Of a stretch of 64,000 nt of DNA, positions 1 through 15,949 are shown in pieces. The stretch comes from Eledone cirrhosa (taxonomy: Eukaryota), in NCBI GenBank assembly GCA_964016885.1, contig OZ024749.1, forward strand, positions 29,016,001 through 29,080,000, read 5' to 3'. A model generated the notes under the pieces. It was not told the origin of the DNA. It ran no database searches and saw only the letters and a list, made by a program, of their open reading frames with translations. The position numbers were made by a program, and so were the translations under genes. Numbering within the stretch: position 1 is the first letter of the stretch; each line of letters opens with the position of its first letter.

Positions 1-3000
1 ATGTGTGGTGACTGTAAGTGGAGTTAACTATATATGTGTGGTGACTGTAAGTGGAGTTAACTATATATGTGTGGTGACTATAAGTGGAGTTAACTATATA
101 TAACTGGTGACTCTAAGTGGAGTTAACTATATATGTGTGGTGACTGTAAGTGAGGCTAACTATATATGTGTGGTGACTGTAAGTGGAGTTAACTATATAT
201 GTGTGGTGACTGTAAGTGGAGTTAACTATATATATATATGGTGACTGTAAGTGGAGTTAACTATATATGTGTGGTGACTGTAAGTGGAGTTAACTATATA
301 TGTGTGGTGACTGTAAGTTTAGCTAACTATATATGTGTGGTGGCTGTAAGTGGAGTGAACTATATATGTGTGGTGACTGTAAGTGGAGTTAACTATATAT
401 ATGCGTGGTGACTGTAAGTGGAGTTAACTATATATATATGTGGTGACTGTAAGTGGAGTTAACTATATATATATGTGGTGACTCTAAGTGGAGATAACTA
501 TATATATGTGGTGACTGTAAGTGGAGATAACTATATATATGTGGTGACTGTAAGTGGAGTTAACTATATATATATGGTGACTCTAAGTGGAGTAAACTAT
601 ATATGTGTGGTGACTCTAAGTGGAGTTAACTATATATATGTGGTGACTGTAAGTGGAGTTAACTATATATATGTGGTTACTGTAAGTGGAGCTAACTATA
701 TATGTGTGGTGACTGTAAGTGGAGTTAACTATATATGTGTGGTGACTGTAAGTGGGGTTAACTATATTTGTGTGATGACTGTAAGTGGAGTTAACTATAT
801 ATGTGTGGTGACTGTAAGTGGAGTTAACTATATATGTGTGGTGACTGTAAGTGTAGTTAACTATATATGTGTGGTGACTGTAAGTGGAGTTAACTATATA
901 TATATGGTGACTGTAAGTGGAGTTAACTATATATGTGTGGTGACTGTAAGTTTAGCTAACTATATATGTGTGGTGACTGTAAGTGGAGTTAACTATATAT
1001 ATGTGTGGTGACTGTAAGTGGGGTTAACTATATATGTGTGGTGACTGTAAGTGAAGTTAACTATATATATGTGTGGTGACTGTAAGTGGAGTTATCTATA
1101 TATATATATGTGGTGACTGTAAGTGGAGTTAACTATATATGTGTGGTGACTGTAAGTGAGGCTAACTATATATGTGTGGTGACTGTAAGTGGAGTTAACT
1201 ATATATGTGTGGTGACTGTAAGTGGAGTTAACTATATATATATATGGTGACTGTAAGAGGAGTTAACTATATATGTGTGGTGACTGTAAGTGGAGTTAAC
1301 TATATATGTGTGGTGACTGTAAGTTTAGCTAACTATATATGTGTGGTGACGGTAAGTGGAGTTAACTATATATGTGTGGTGACTGTAAGTGGAGCTAACT
1401 ATATATGTGTGGTGACTGTAAGTGGAGTTAACTATATATTTGTGGTGACTGTAAGTGGAGTTAACTATATATTTGTAGTTACTGTAAGTGGAGCTAACTA
1501 TATATGTGTGGTGACTGTAAGTGGAGTTAACTATATATGTGTGGTGACTGTAAGTGGGGTTAACTATATATACATATGGTGACTGTAAGTGGAGTTAACT
1601 ATATATATGTGGTGACTGTAACTGGATTTAACTATATATATGTGGTGACTGTAAGTGCATTAAACTATATATGTGTGGTGACTCTAAGTGGAGTTAACTA
1701 TATATATGTGGTGACTGTAAGTGGAGTTAACTATATATGTGTGGTGACTGTAAGTGGAATTAACTATATATATATATGGTGACTGTAAGTGGAGTTAACT
1801 ATATATATGTGGTGACTGTAAGTGGAGTAAACTATATATGTGTGGTGACTCTAAGTGGAGTTAACTATATATATGTGGTTACTGTAAGTGGAGCTACCTA
1901 TATATATATATGGTGACTGTAAGTGGAGTTAACTATATATATGTGGTGACTGTAAGTGCATTAAACTATATATGTGTGGTGACTCTAAGTGGAGTTAACT
2001 ATATATATGTGGTGACTGTAAGTGGAGTAAACTATATATTTGTGGTGACTCTAAGTGGAGTTAACTATATATATGTGGTGACTGTAAGTGGAGTTAACTA
2101 TATATGGTGACTGTAAGTGGAGTTAACTATATATATGTGGTGACTCTAAGTGGAGTTAACTATATATATGTGGTGACTGTAAGTGGAGTTAACTATATAT
2201 ATGTGGTGACTGTAAGTGCAGTAAACTATATATGTATGGTGACTGTAAGTGGAGTTAACTATATATGTGTGGTGACTGTAAGTGGAGTTAACTATATATA
2301 TGTGGTGACTGTAAGTGGAGTTAACTATATATGTGTGGTGACTGTAATTGGAGTTAACTATATATATGTATGGTGACTGTAAGTGGAGTTAACTATATAT
2401 ATGTGGTGACTGTAACTGGAGTTAACTATATATATGTGTGGTGACTGTAAGTGGAGTTAACTATATATAACTTGTGACTCTAAGTGGAGTTAACTATATA
2501 TGTGTGGTGACTGTAAGTGGAGTTAACTATATATGTGTGGTGACTGTAAGTGGAGTTAACTATATATATGTGGTGACTGTAAGTGGAGCTAACTATATAT
2601 ATGTGGTTACTGTAAGTGGAGTTAACTATATATGTGTGGTGACTGTAAGTGGAGTTAACTATATATGTGTGGTGACTGTAAGTGGAGTTAACTATATATG
2701 TGTGGTGACTGTAAGTGGAGCTAACTATATATGTGTGGTGACTGTAAGTGGAGCTAACTATATATGTGTGGTGAGTGTAAGTGGAGTTAACTATATATGT
2801 GTGGTGACTGTAAGTGGAGTTAACTAATATATGTAGTTACTGTAAGTGGAGCTAACTATATATGTGTGGTGACTGTAAGTGGAGTTAACTATATATGTGT
2901 GGTGACTGTAAGTGGATTTAACTATATATATGTGGTGACTGTAAGTGCATTAAACTATATATGTGTGGTGACTCTAAGTGGAGTTAACTATATATATGTG

Positions 3001-6000
3001 GTGACTGTAAGTGGAGTTAACTATATATGTGTGGTGACTGTAAGTGGAGTTAACTATATATATATATGGTGACTGTAAGTGGAGTTAACTATATATATAT
3101 GGTGACTGTAAGTGGAGTTAACTATATATATGTGGTGACTGTAACTGGATTTAACTATATATATGTGGTGACTGTAAGTGCATTAAACTATATATGTGTG
3201 GTGACTCTAAGTGGAGTTAACTATATATATGTGGTGACTGTAAGTGGAGTTAACTATATATGTGTGGTGACTGTAAGTGGAGTTAACTATATATATATAT
3301 GGTGACTGTAAGTGGAGTTAACTATATATATGTGGTGACTGTAAGTGGAGTAAACTATATATGTGTGGTGACTCTAAGTGGAGTTAACTATATATATGTG
3401 GTTACTGTAAGTGGAGCTAACTATATATATGTGGTGACTGTAAGTGGAGTTAACTATATATGTGTGGTGACTCTAAGTGGAGTTAACTATATATATGTGG
3501 TTACTGTAAGTGGAGCTAACTATATATATGTGGTGACTGTAAGTGGAGTTAACTATATATGTGTGGTGACTGTAAGTGGGTTAACTATATATGTGTGGTG
3601 ACTGTAAGTGGAGTTAACTATATATGTGTGGTGACTGTAAGTGGAGTTAACTATATATATATATGGTGACTGTAAGTGGAGTTAACTATATATGTGTGAT
3701 GACTGTAAGTGGAGTTAACTATATATGTGTGGTGACTGTAAGTGGGTTAACTATATATATGTGGTGACTGTAAGTGGAGCTAACTATATATGTGTGGTGA
3801 CTGTAAGTGGAGTTAACTATATATGTGTGGTGACTGTAAGTTTAGGTAACTATATATATGTGGTGACTGTAAGTGCAATTAACTATATATATGTGGTGAC
3901 TGTAAGTGGAGTTAACTATATATATGTGGTGACTGTAAGTGGAGTTAACTATATATATGTGGTGACTGTAAGTGGAGTTAACTATATATATGTTGGGACT
4001 GTAAGTGGAGCTAACTATATATGTGTGGTGACTGTAAGTGCAGTAAACTATATATGTATGGTGACTGTAAGTGGAGTTAACTATATATATGTTGGGACTG
4101 TAAGTGGAGTTAACTATATATATGTGGTGACTGTAAGTGCAGTAATCTATATATGTGTGGTGACTGTAAGTGAAGTTAACTATATATGTGTGGTGACTGT
4201 AAGTGGGGTTAACTATATATGTGTGGTGACTGTAAGTGGAGTTAACTATATATGTGTGGTGACTGTAAGTGGAGTTAACTATATGTGTGGTGATTGTAAG
4301 TGGAGTTAACTATATATACGTGGTGACTGTAAGTGGAGTTAACTATATATGTGTGGTGACTGTAAGTGGAGTTATCTATATATGTGTGGTGACTGTAAGT
4401 GAAGTTAACTATATATGTGTGGTGACTGTAAGTGGGGTTAACTATATATGTGTGGTGACTGTAAGTGGAGTTAACTATATATGTGTGGTGACTGTAAGTG
4501 GAGTTAACTATATATGTGGTGACTGTAAGTGGAGTTAACTATATATACGTGGTGACTGTAAGTGGAATTAACTATATATGTGTGATGACTGTAAGTGGAG
4601 TTATCTATACATGTGTGGTGACTGTAAGTGAAGTTAACTATATATGTGTGGTGACTGTAAGTGGAGTTAACTATAAATGTGTAGTGACTGTAAGTGGAGT
4701 TAACTATATATGTGTGATGACTGTAAGTGGAGTTAACTATATATGTGTGGTGAGTGTAAGTGGAGCTAACTATATATATGTATGGTGACTGTAAGTGGAG
4801 TTAACTATATATATGTGGTGACTGTGAGTGGAGGTAACTATATATGTGTGGTGACTGTAAGTAGAGTTAACTATAAATGTGTGGTGACTGTAAGTGGAGT
4901 TAACTATATATATATGTGGTGACTGTAAGTGGAGTTAACTATATATATGTGGTGACTGTAAGTGGAGGTAACTATATAGTGTGGTGACTGTAAGCGGAGT
5001 TAACTATATATATGTGGTGACTGTAAGTGGAGTTAACTAAATATGTGTGGTGACTGTAAGTGAAGTTAACTATATATGTGTGGTGACTGTAAGTGGAGCT
5101 AACTTTATATGTGTGGTGACTGTAAGTGGAGTTAACTATATATGTGTGGTGACTGTAAGTGGAGTTAACTATATAGTGTGGTGACTGTAAGTGGAGTTAA
5201 CTATATATGTGTGGTGACTGTAAGTGGAGCTAACTATATATGTGTGGTGACTGTAAGTGGAGTTAACTATATATAACTGGTGACTCTAAGTGGAGTTAAC
5301 TATATATGTGTGGTGACTGTAAGTGGAGTTAACTATATATATGTGGTGACTGTAAGTGGAGCTAACTAGATATATGTGGTGACTGTAAGTGGAGTTAACT
5401 ATATATGTGTGGTGACTGTAAGTGGAGTTAACTATATATGTGTGGTTACTGTAAGTGGAGTTAACTATATATATGTGGTGACTGTAAGTGGAGTTAACTA
5501 TATATGTGTGGTGACTGTAAGTGGTGTTTACTATATATGTGTGGTGATTGTAAGTGGAGTTAACTATATATGTGTGGTGACTGTAAGTAGAGCTAACTAT
5601 ATATGTGTGGTGACTGTAAGTGGAGTTAACTATATATATGTGGTGACTGTAAGTGGAGCTAACTATATATATGTGGTGACTGTACGTGGAGCTAACTATA
5701 TATGTGTGGTGACTGTGAGTGGAGCTAACTATATATATGTGTGGTGACTGTAAGTGGAGTTAACTATATATATATATGTGGTGACTGTAAGTGGAGTTAA
5801 CTATATATGTGTGGTGACTGTAAGTGGAGCTAACTATATATATGTGGTGACTGTAAGTGAAGTTAACTATATATGTGTTGTTACGGTAAGTGGAGTTAAC
5901 TATAAATGTGTGGTGACTGTAAGTGGAGCTAACTATATATGTGCGGTGACTGTAAGTGAAGTTAACCAGAGATGTGTTGTGATTGTCAGTGTAGTGACTG

Positions 6001-6010
6001 TAAGCAGAAT
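1..6010. repeat. 33-bp minisatellite array (GTGGTGACTGTAAGTGGAGTTAACTATATATGT), open at window start
   Basis: Continuous tandem copies with a variable-length internal (TA)n; degenerates towards 6300. Explains all VVTVSGVNYIC ORFs. Confidence 0.97.
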
Positions 6011-6122
6011 GAGCTAGTGATATGGGGACTGTAAACGGAGTTAACCAGATATGTGGTGACTGTAACTGAAGTGAACTAGATACATGTGGTGATTATAAGC
6101 AGAGCTAGCCAGATATATATGA

Positions 6123-6250
6123 ACTGTAACGACTCATAAGCGGGATAAATAGAGGGATCTGATGACTGTAAGGACTCATAAGCGGGATAAATAGAGGGAT
6201 CTGATGACTGTAAGGACTCATAAGCGGGATAAATAGAGGGATCTGATGAC
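6123..6250. repeat. 42-bp unit x3
   Basis: ACTGTAAGGACTCATAAGCGGGATAAATAGAGGGATCTGATG starts at 6123, 6165 and 6207. Confidence 0.9.
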
Positions 6251-6783
6251 AGTAAGCAGACTTAGCAGAAAGATCTGGGGACTATAAGCGGGGTTAGCTA
6301 GTAAGTTAACGTGCTTGGCCTTTGTTTATATGAAATACAAAATTATAGCTATGTATGTTTTTTCACAAATGTTTACCAACAGAGAGTGAGTCGGTTTCTA
6401 ACATAGACACAAGACTCTCTCATTGGAATTTACACAACATCAACTAGGTAGATATGTATGTATGTCTGCATGTGTAGATATGGATGTTATTGTATGTGTG
6501 GATGTGTATGTGTGCATGTGTATATGCAGTTATTAGATGCAAATTTTTGTGGAATGTTTTACATATTTTTACTGTTTTGTATGCATATATGTGTATATAT
6601 ATATGTATAGCTATGTGTGGGTATGTATGTATGCACATATGTATGAATGTTTGTATGTATATATGTATGTGTGTGTATGTATGCGTGAATATTAATAAAT
6701 AAATATGTACATACACACACACTCGCAGCCCTCACCCACACACGTATATATAATATAGATGTGTATGTGTAAACACACACAGG

Positions 6784-6822
<39 letters not shown>

Positions 6823-6904
6823 CGTCGAATTCGACAAATCGGACCGAGGAAACAATGTTTCCATTGCTCTTTCCAATTGCTAATACTATCTATCAGTCGC
6901 AACT

Positions 6905-7034
6905 CCAGGTGGAAGGAGCAACGTGAAATAAAGTGTCTTGCTCAAGGACATAACGCATCGCCCGGTCCGGGAATCGAACTCACAACTTCACGATTGCAAA
7001 TCCAGTTCTTTAACAACTCAGCCACACGCCTTCA
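6905..7034 (-). mobile_element. tRNA-derived SINE (CORE-like family B), 5' part
   Basis: Minus strand: GAAGGCGTGTGGCTGAGTTGTTAA (A box) ... GAGTTCGATTCCC (B box) ... GTCCTTGAGCAAGACACTTTATTTCAC; related copies at 17880 and 23150. Confidence 0.7.
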
Positions 7035-7149
7035 CTATAATATGAATGTATAATATATATATATGTGTATGTAAATACACACACATATGTATATATGTGT
7101 GGGTGCGTGTGTGTGTATGTATGTATATATATATATGTGAGTGTGTGTG

Positions 7150-7278
<129 letters not shown>

Positions 7279-7466
7279 GGCTTCAAGTTCACATACATAC
7301 ACTCCTCTCTATTTATCAGAAGAGACAAACCTTCAAGACAGACGTAGATTTTACCCAAATAAATTATTCATAATTCTAATTATATAAACAAATTGACGAA
7401 CAGAAGTCTTTGAGAACAACAGCAGTCGCTTGCTACACACACACACACACACACACATGTATATTG

Positions 7467-7517
<51 letters not shown>

Positions 7518-7675
7518 ATACATACATATATGTATATAAATATGTATGTATTTATATATATATACATACATATATATAAGTATATACATACACAGACATA
7601 CACACATATATATATATACATATTTATATACATATGTGTGTATATACATATTTATATGTGTATACACACACATGC

Positions 7676-7728
<53 letters not shown>

Positions 7729-7799
7729 TATAAATATATATATATATACACGTATATATATATGTGTGTGTATAATACACATATGTATATATATATGTA

Positions 7800-7831
<32 letters not shown>

Positions 7832-7847
7832 CATATATATATATATA

Positions 7848-7926
<79 letters not shown>

Positions 7927-7934
7927 ATAATAAT

Positions 7935-7979
<45 letters not shown>

Positions 7980-8052
7980 GATAAATCTACCAAGAGTTTA
8001 CGGTAGTGTCCAATCCGTATGAAGAACTCAATGTAATCCGGATATCATGGAA

Positions 8053-8200
8053 ATTATTTCTGAAGACGGCATATATATGTGTTGGTATGTATATTTAATT
8101 TTGATAGTTTGTATAATTTTGTATAATTTTGTACATAGATCTGTTGAATATACATGCCAATTCTAACACATATATATCCTAGAAACGATCGTTAAATAAT
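8053..8200 (+). ncRNA. Type I hammerhead ribozyme motif with very long stem II
   Basis: Stem I ATTATTT/AAATAAT, core CTGAAGA (8060-8066), long stem II (ATATATATGTGTTGG.../...CTAACACATATATAT), GAAA, palindromic CGATCG, GTT site. Confidence 0.7.
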
Positions 8201-8257
8201 GAACTTTTTTTGTTTAATATAAGGAACTGTTTCATTGTTTTATTCATTATTTTTTTA

Positions 8258-8290
<33 letters not shown>

Positions 8291-8300
8291 TAATAATAAT

Positions 8301-8448
<148 letters not shown>

Positions 8449-8457
8449 AATATATAT

Positions 8458-10476
8458 TTCGGTTCTGAATTTGTTTAGCAAGATTCTTTATCTGAAAACG
8501 TGTGTTGAAACCGATATTGTTATACTTTGGGAGGGTCATGTTGCCAATAAGAAACACACGCACCAGTAGCTTTCGCTTCAATTTATTATAATAAATTTAT
8601 AAATTTAGGAATTTATAAATTTCCGGTTGGTTGGTTGGTTCCACAACCAGATGGTTGTTTATATATTGTCAAAGTTCTTTCGTCACACATTCTGTGACCT
8701 CTTCAGTGACTGGGATTCTTTTCTTTGTTTTTGTGCCTCTCCTTTGTTCTGTCCTACGCCATCTCGTTTCTGTGTGTGTTGTGTGCTCAGTCTGCGCATG
8801 CGCCACATCCCGGTGTCTGTGTGTGTTTATATTCGTTTATTTATTTGTTTATTTACATGTTACAGGTTGGTTGTTTGTTCTATGTGTGTGTGTGTTTTCA
8901 TTTTGTCCTTAATTGTAAGTTGTGATGTTGCTGTTCCATTCATGTTTTCTATTTAATTTTGGTTGTAATTCTTTTATGTTTATTGCCTATGTGATTTGTC
9001 TAAACATTGCATCTTTTCTGTGTGTAGATTCTATTTTTATTTCTATGTTCTCTAATTTACCCTTATGTTCTATTTTAGCATGTTGGTAGAGTACAGATGA
9101 TTCTTTATTATCTTGAAGGTCTCGCCAGTGTTCATTTATCCGTTCCCCTACACTACGAGCTGTCTCACCTATGTACACTATATTTTTATCTCTATATTGT
9201 CCTTCAGTACATCTTATGCTATACACTACATTTCTAGTTTTACAGTTAATATGGGGGCTTAATTTACAGGTTATACATTTCTTATCTATACAGGGGGGGG
9301 GGTCTTTGAAAAGGGTATGTCTTGCTAATAAGTGTTTTTATGGAGGTACCTGGTCTTTCTACTATCTTAATATTGAGTTTATGTTTATCTAGGGCCCTTC
9401 TAAATGTCTAAGCTAATTCACCTCTAGTGGTTGTATCGATGAACATTACACTCTGGTATTTATTGCTATCATACCATGAGTTTATTCTATTAGCCTTATT
9501 CCTAGTTCTTTCTATTCTGTTCCAAAATTTGCTCCTATACAAGGGGCAGGTCCCATTGGTGTCATTATTTACCATTTTTTCCCATTTGGTTCTGGCTCCT
9601 CTTTATACTCTGATTCTATCTCTCTGATTGTAACCAGAGAACTGCATACGGTGGATAAAGTGTTGTATGTGTCTCTCTAGTTCTTCGGGGTTGCACATGC
9701 GGGACACGTTTCTCATCACCCGTACCAAATCCGTAATCAGTATGTTGATTTTGGTATGGTCCGAAACAGCTGAGTTTCGGTGGATCAGATATTTGGAAGT
9801 CATGGGTTTGGCATAATGGGAATGGAGGATTTGTTTTTTGTTATTAATGGTATCTAACCAGAGCTCTTCTAGTACAGGTAATCGATGGTTGGGGTGTTTG
9901 CTTGGGTAGTCTATAGTAACTCTAATACTCTGGTGGATGGAGTTAGCTATTTGCTGGATGCTTTCCATTGTGTTTTTCTCTAATTCCTGACTGTTCTCTA
10001 GTGGTGGTGTTTTAACTACGATGTTTATATCATCAACGTAGCGGGAGTACATTATCAGGGTTAGGGGTCTTCTAATTGTTCTTTAAGTTTAAGTTTAAGT
10101 CTACTGCCCCACCATACCATGAATAAGTTAGCTATGTCGCCTGCAATGCTAACACCAATGGCTGCTCCCTCTTCTTGGGCATATGTTTTTCCATTAATTT
10201 TGAACATATATTCCTTAAGGGTTAATTTTATGCTGGCCCCCACCACATGTGCAATCATTTTCTTTAGTTCATCGTGGTTTTCGGGGGTCCGTATGGCTCT
10301 GGTCCACCCGTTCCATTTATAAACAACCATCTGGTTGTGGAACCAACCAACCAACCAACCAAACGGAAATTTATAAATTCCTAAATTTATAAATTTATTA
10401 TAATAAATTGAAGTGAAAGCAACTGGTGCGTGTGTTTCTTATTGGCAACATGACCCTTCCAAAGTATAACAATATA
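8458..10476 (-). mobile_element. Penelope-like retroelement, 5'-truncated and decayed (RT + GIY-YIG), with inverted terminal repeat
   Basis: RT fragments YAQEEGAAIGVSIAGDIANLFM (10061-10320) and YSRYVDDINIVV (9603-10052); GIY-YIG VVYSIRC...YIGETARSVGERINEH (8987-9226). 10318-10476 is the reverse complement of 8514-8662. Flanked by (TA)n. Confidence 0.92.
8668..8710 (-). ncRNA. Minimal hammerhead ribozyme in PLE terminal repeat
   Basis: Minus strand GTCA-CTGAAGA-G-GTCACA GAATG TGTGAC-GAAA-GAAC-TT-TGAC, downstream of the GIY-YIG ORF, where PLE ribozymes are known to lie. Confidence 0.75.
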
Positions 10477-11427
<951 letters not shown>

Positions 11428-11594
11428 GCACCTCTTTCTGTCTTGCTCTTTACTCTGAACAATTTCTCAACATCCAAACATATCTCAATTTGTTGATGGA
11501 AGAACCAAATCTATTGTGATAGATTTGGAGTTCGAACATTGCCAAACTTTATTGGGTCCCTTTATCCATAAAGATCAATATAAATCGTTTCCAG

Positions 11595-11855
11595 CAGATT
11601 GACACTGAATATCGATTGACACTAAATATAGATTGACACTAAATATCGATTAACACTACATATCGATTAATATTGAATATCGATTAAAACTAAATATCGA
11701 TTAAAACTAAATGTCGATTGACACTAAATATCGATTAAAACTAAATATCGATTGCCACTAAATATTGATTGACATTAAATATCAATTGATACTAAATATC
11801 GATTGACACTAAATATCGATTGAAATTGAATATCGATTAACACTAAATATTGATT
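11595..11855. repeat. 17-bp tandem repeat (TAAATATCGATTGACAC)
   Basis: TATCGAT recurs at 11644, 11661, 11678 and onward. Confidence 0.9.
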
Positions 11856-12221
11856 CGTTGGCTGTGTCTTTGGACAAACAGAAAACCCACTTCGGGGCCT
11901 CTCATCATTGCATGCTAGACATAGTTTTAAATCACGCCCTAAATCATGCTAGACATAGCCTTAAATCACGCCCTAACATCTTAAATAAAGAAGAGTGGAC
12001 CAGATAGTGTAGTCTCTGATATAAAATAGCTGGGATGTCATGGTTGCCTGAACAACGAGGAAGGTCACATGTGTTTGCCAGTCTAAAAACATAAGGGTTT
12101 ACCTCGTGCCCTCAAAGTAACAACTGGTTGTAGTCCTAGTCGATATCTCTTCCATCTAGCGATATCTCTTCCATCAGTCAAGGTAAAGCAATGTAGGATT
12201 AGTGTTAGTGTAATGTAGTAA

Positions 12222-12400
12222 TAATTGTTTCTTCTTTTGGCACAAGGCCAGCAAATACCCAGTGCATTACTGGTACTTTATTTTATCGACCCCGTAAGGA
12301 TGAAAGGAAAACTCAACCTCGGCGGGATTTGAACTCAGATCGTAACTATGCTGGAAAGCATGGCGTCCGACCCTCTACCGATACTGCCAATCCACCGCCC
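12222..12400 (-). mobile_element. tRNA-derived SINE family A (MetaSINE-like core)
   Basis: A box TGGCAGTATCGG, B box GAGTTCAAATCC, core CCTTTCATCCTTACGGGGTCGATAAAATAAAGTACCAG; about 20 copies in the window. Confidence 0.85.
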
Positions 12401-12669
12401 CTGTAATGTAGTAATAATGTGATGTAATATTAGTGTAATGTAAGCGTGATATAATATTAGTGTAGTGTAGTGTGGGTGTTAGTGTAATGTAGTGTAGTGT
12501 TAGTGTAGTGTGGGTGCTAGTGTAGTGTAGTGTAGTGTAGTGTATTAATGTAGACACAATAATCACACACATATAGCTAAGAGCTAACAACAATAAACAT
12601 ATAGAATTAAATGCAAAAAGCCTACATATATATATTCACGTAAACTTAGCCATAAATCAAAAGAAAACC

Positions 12670-14460
12670 TAACACACACACATACACACTCTCATATAGA
12701 CACAGACACAAATACATACACGCACGCACACACACAGACACATATGCACACACACGGACACACACACATACGCACGTACGCATATAAGCACATACACACA
12801 TACACACACGCGCACATACACACACATACGCGCAGACTCATACATAAAGACACGCACACAAATACACTGACACACACTGTGACACACACACTCACAAACA
12901 CTCATATATACACAGACATACACTCACACAAACACTCACATATACACAGTGACACACACACTCACACAAACTCTTACATATACACATACTCACACAGACA
13001 CACACATACAGACACACATATATACACAGACATACACTCACACAAACACTCACATATACACAGACATACACTCACACAAACACTCACATATACACAGTGA
13101 CACACACACTCACACAAACTCTCACATATACACACACACTCACACATACACAGTGACACACACACTCACACAAACTCTCACATATACACACACACTCACA
13201 CAGACACACACATACAGACACACATATATACACAGACACACACTCACACAAACACTCACATATACACAGTGACACACACACTCACACAAACTCTCACATA
13301 TACACACACACACAGACATACACATACAGACACATATATATACAGACATACATTCACACAAACACTCACATATACACAGACATACACTCACACAAACACT
13401 CACATATACACAGTGACACACACACTCACACAAACTCTCACATAAACACACACTCACACAGACACACACAGACACACACATACAGACACACATATATACA
13501 CAGACATACACTCACACAAACACTCACATATACACAGTGACAGACACACTCACACAAACTCTCACATATACACACACTCACACAGATACACACATACAGA
13601 CACACATATATACACAGACATACACTCTCACATACACTCACACAAACACAGTGACACACACACTCACAGAAACTCTCACATATACACACACTCACACAGA
13701 CACACACATACAAACACTCACATATACACAGATATACACGCACACATACACACATCACATATACACAGTGACACACACACTCACACAAACTCTCACATAT
13801 ATACACACTCACACAGACACACACATACAGACCCACATATATACACAGACATACACTCACACAAACACAGTGACACACACACTCACACAAACTCTCACAT
13901 ATACACACACTCACACAGACACACACATACAGACACACATATATACACACTCACACAGACACACACATACAAACACACATATATACAGAGACATACACTC
14001 ACACAAACACTCACATATACACACACTCACACAGACACACACATACAGACACACATATATACACAGACATACACTCACACAAACTCTCACATATACACAC
14101 ACTCACACAGATACACACATACAGGCACACATATATACAGAGACATACACTCACACAAACACTCACATATACACACACTCACACAGATACACACATACAG
14201 GCACACATATATACACACTCACACAGATACACACATACAGACACACATATATACACACTCACACAGACACACACATACAAACACACATATATACACATAC
14301 ATACACTCACACAAACACAGTGACACACACACTCACACAAACTCTCACATATACACACACTCACACAGACACACACATACAGACACACATATATACACAG
14401 ACATACACGCACACATACACATATCACATATACACACACAAGCACACACACACACAGGCC
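12670..14460. repeat. CA-rich compound microsatellite with higher-order units
   Basis: Recurring ACACAGACATACACTCACACAAACACTCACATATACACAGTGAC-type blocks. Confidence 0.9.
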
Positions 14461-14757
14461 CAGTATACAGTATCCGTCCACTACTACGACCATCAACACT
14501 GTCAATGTTTATATAAAATATATAGTTTGACTTTAAAATATTAAATTTAATTTAGTTTACCTAACTTCTGACATTGATGTCTGACTATTGTGACAGGTGG
14601 ACGTCTCTTATGGACAGCGAAATATGTAAACAACTACACACACACAAACACACGCACGCACACACGCACACATACACACACGTGTGAGTGTGAAAACAGA
14701 GCGGTTGGCTTAAGAAACATTGGGAAAATTTGAAATTAGAATAAAAACATTAGCATA

Positions 14758-15145
14758 ATAATTGTTTCCACTTTAGGCACAAGGCCAGCAATCACCCAGT
14801 GTATTACTGGTACTTTATTTTATCGACCCCCGTAAGGATGAAAGGCAAAGTTAACCTCGGCGGGATTTGAACTCAGAATGGCAAGGGCCATAACTCTATG
14901 CTGCAAAGCATAGCGTCCGACCCTCTACTGATATTGCCAATCCACCGCCTTTAACTACATTAAATAATTGTTTCTACTTTAGGCACAGGGCCAGCAATCA
15001 CCCAGTGTAGTACTGGTACTTTATTTTATCGACCCCGTAAGGATGAAAGGCAAAGTTAACCTCGGCGGGATTTGAACTCAGAATGGCAAGGGCCGTAACT
15101 CTATGCGTCAAAGCATGGTGTCCGACCCTCTACCAATACTGCCAA
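14758..15145 (-). mobile_element. Two tandem SINE family A copies
   Basis: 14758-14949 and 14965-15145, same boxes and core as the 12222 copy. Confidence 0.88.
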
Positions 15146-15484
15146 AAAATATCGCTTCTGTCCACCTTTTTTCTGTTTTTAAGGGATATTTTAGCCCCTG
15201 ATTTTCTCAAAGATTATTTATAGAGATCGACTATTCTCATTATGGTCATTTGTGTTTGGGTGCACACATTTCATACATATATGTGTGTGTGTGTGTGTGT
15301 GTGTGTACGTATATATATATATATATATTCTATCTTCTGATGAAGGATTGGTGTCCTAAAGACTCTTTTCCTACAATAACAAGCGTTAGATTAATATATT
15401 TCTTCACTGTACTGTCATTTACGTTTTGCTCACACACACACATTCACGCACGCACGCACGCACACACACACTCTCACATATACA

Positions 15485-15605
<121 letters not shown>

Positions 15606-15949
15606 TATATACCTATTTTAAGAAGCCATCCTCGGTCATCTTAAATAAATAAATAAACAAATAAATCAATGAACAAACAAAGAAATAAAGAAACAAAGAA
15701 ATAAACAAATAAATAAATAAATAAGCAAACAAGTAAATAAAATAAATAAACAAACAAATAACAGAATGGATAGAAAATGATAGAATATTAACCTGGGATA
15801 TATTGATAAATCGATTATTTCCTAGGAGGAAGTTCCGCTGGTTTAATCTCCACTGAGTTTGAACATTATTTTGAATAAGGACGTTATATTTTATTTATTC
15901 TATTGTTTTTGTTGTTTTATGTAGCAATAATTATTGTTATTGTATTTGG

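Noticed and set aside
475-6017. VVTVSGVNYIC repeat ORFs
   Set aside because: Translations of a 33-bp minisatellite with frequent 2-bp frameshifts.
6156-6250. CTGATGA in a 42-bp repeat as a hammerhead
   Set aside because: No GAAA or closing stems.
15330-15395. CTGATGA-AGGA TTGGTG TCCT hammerhead remnant
   Set aside because: GAAA and stem III are missing; too decayed to call.
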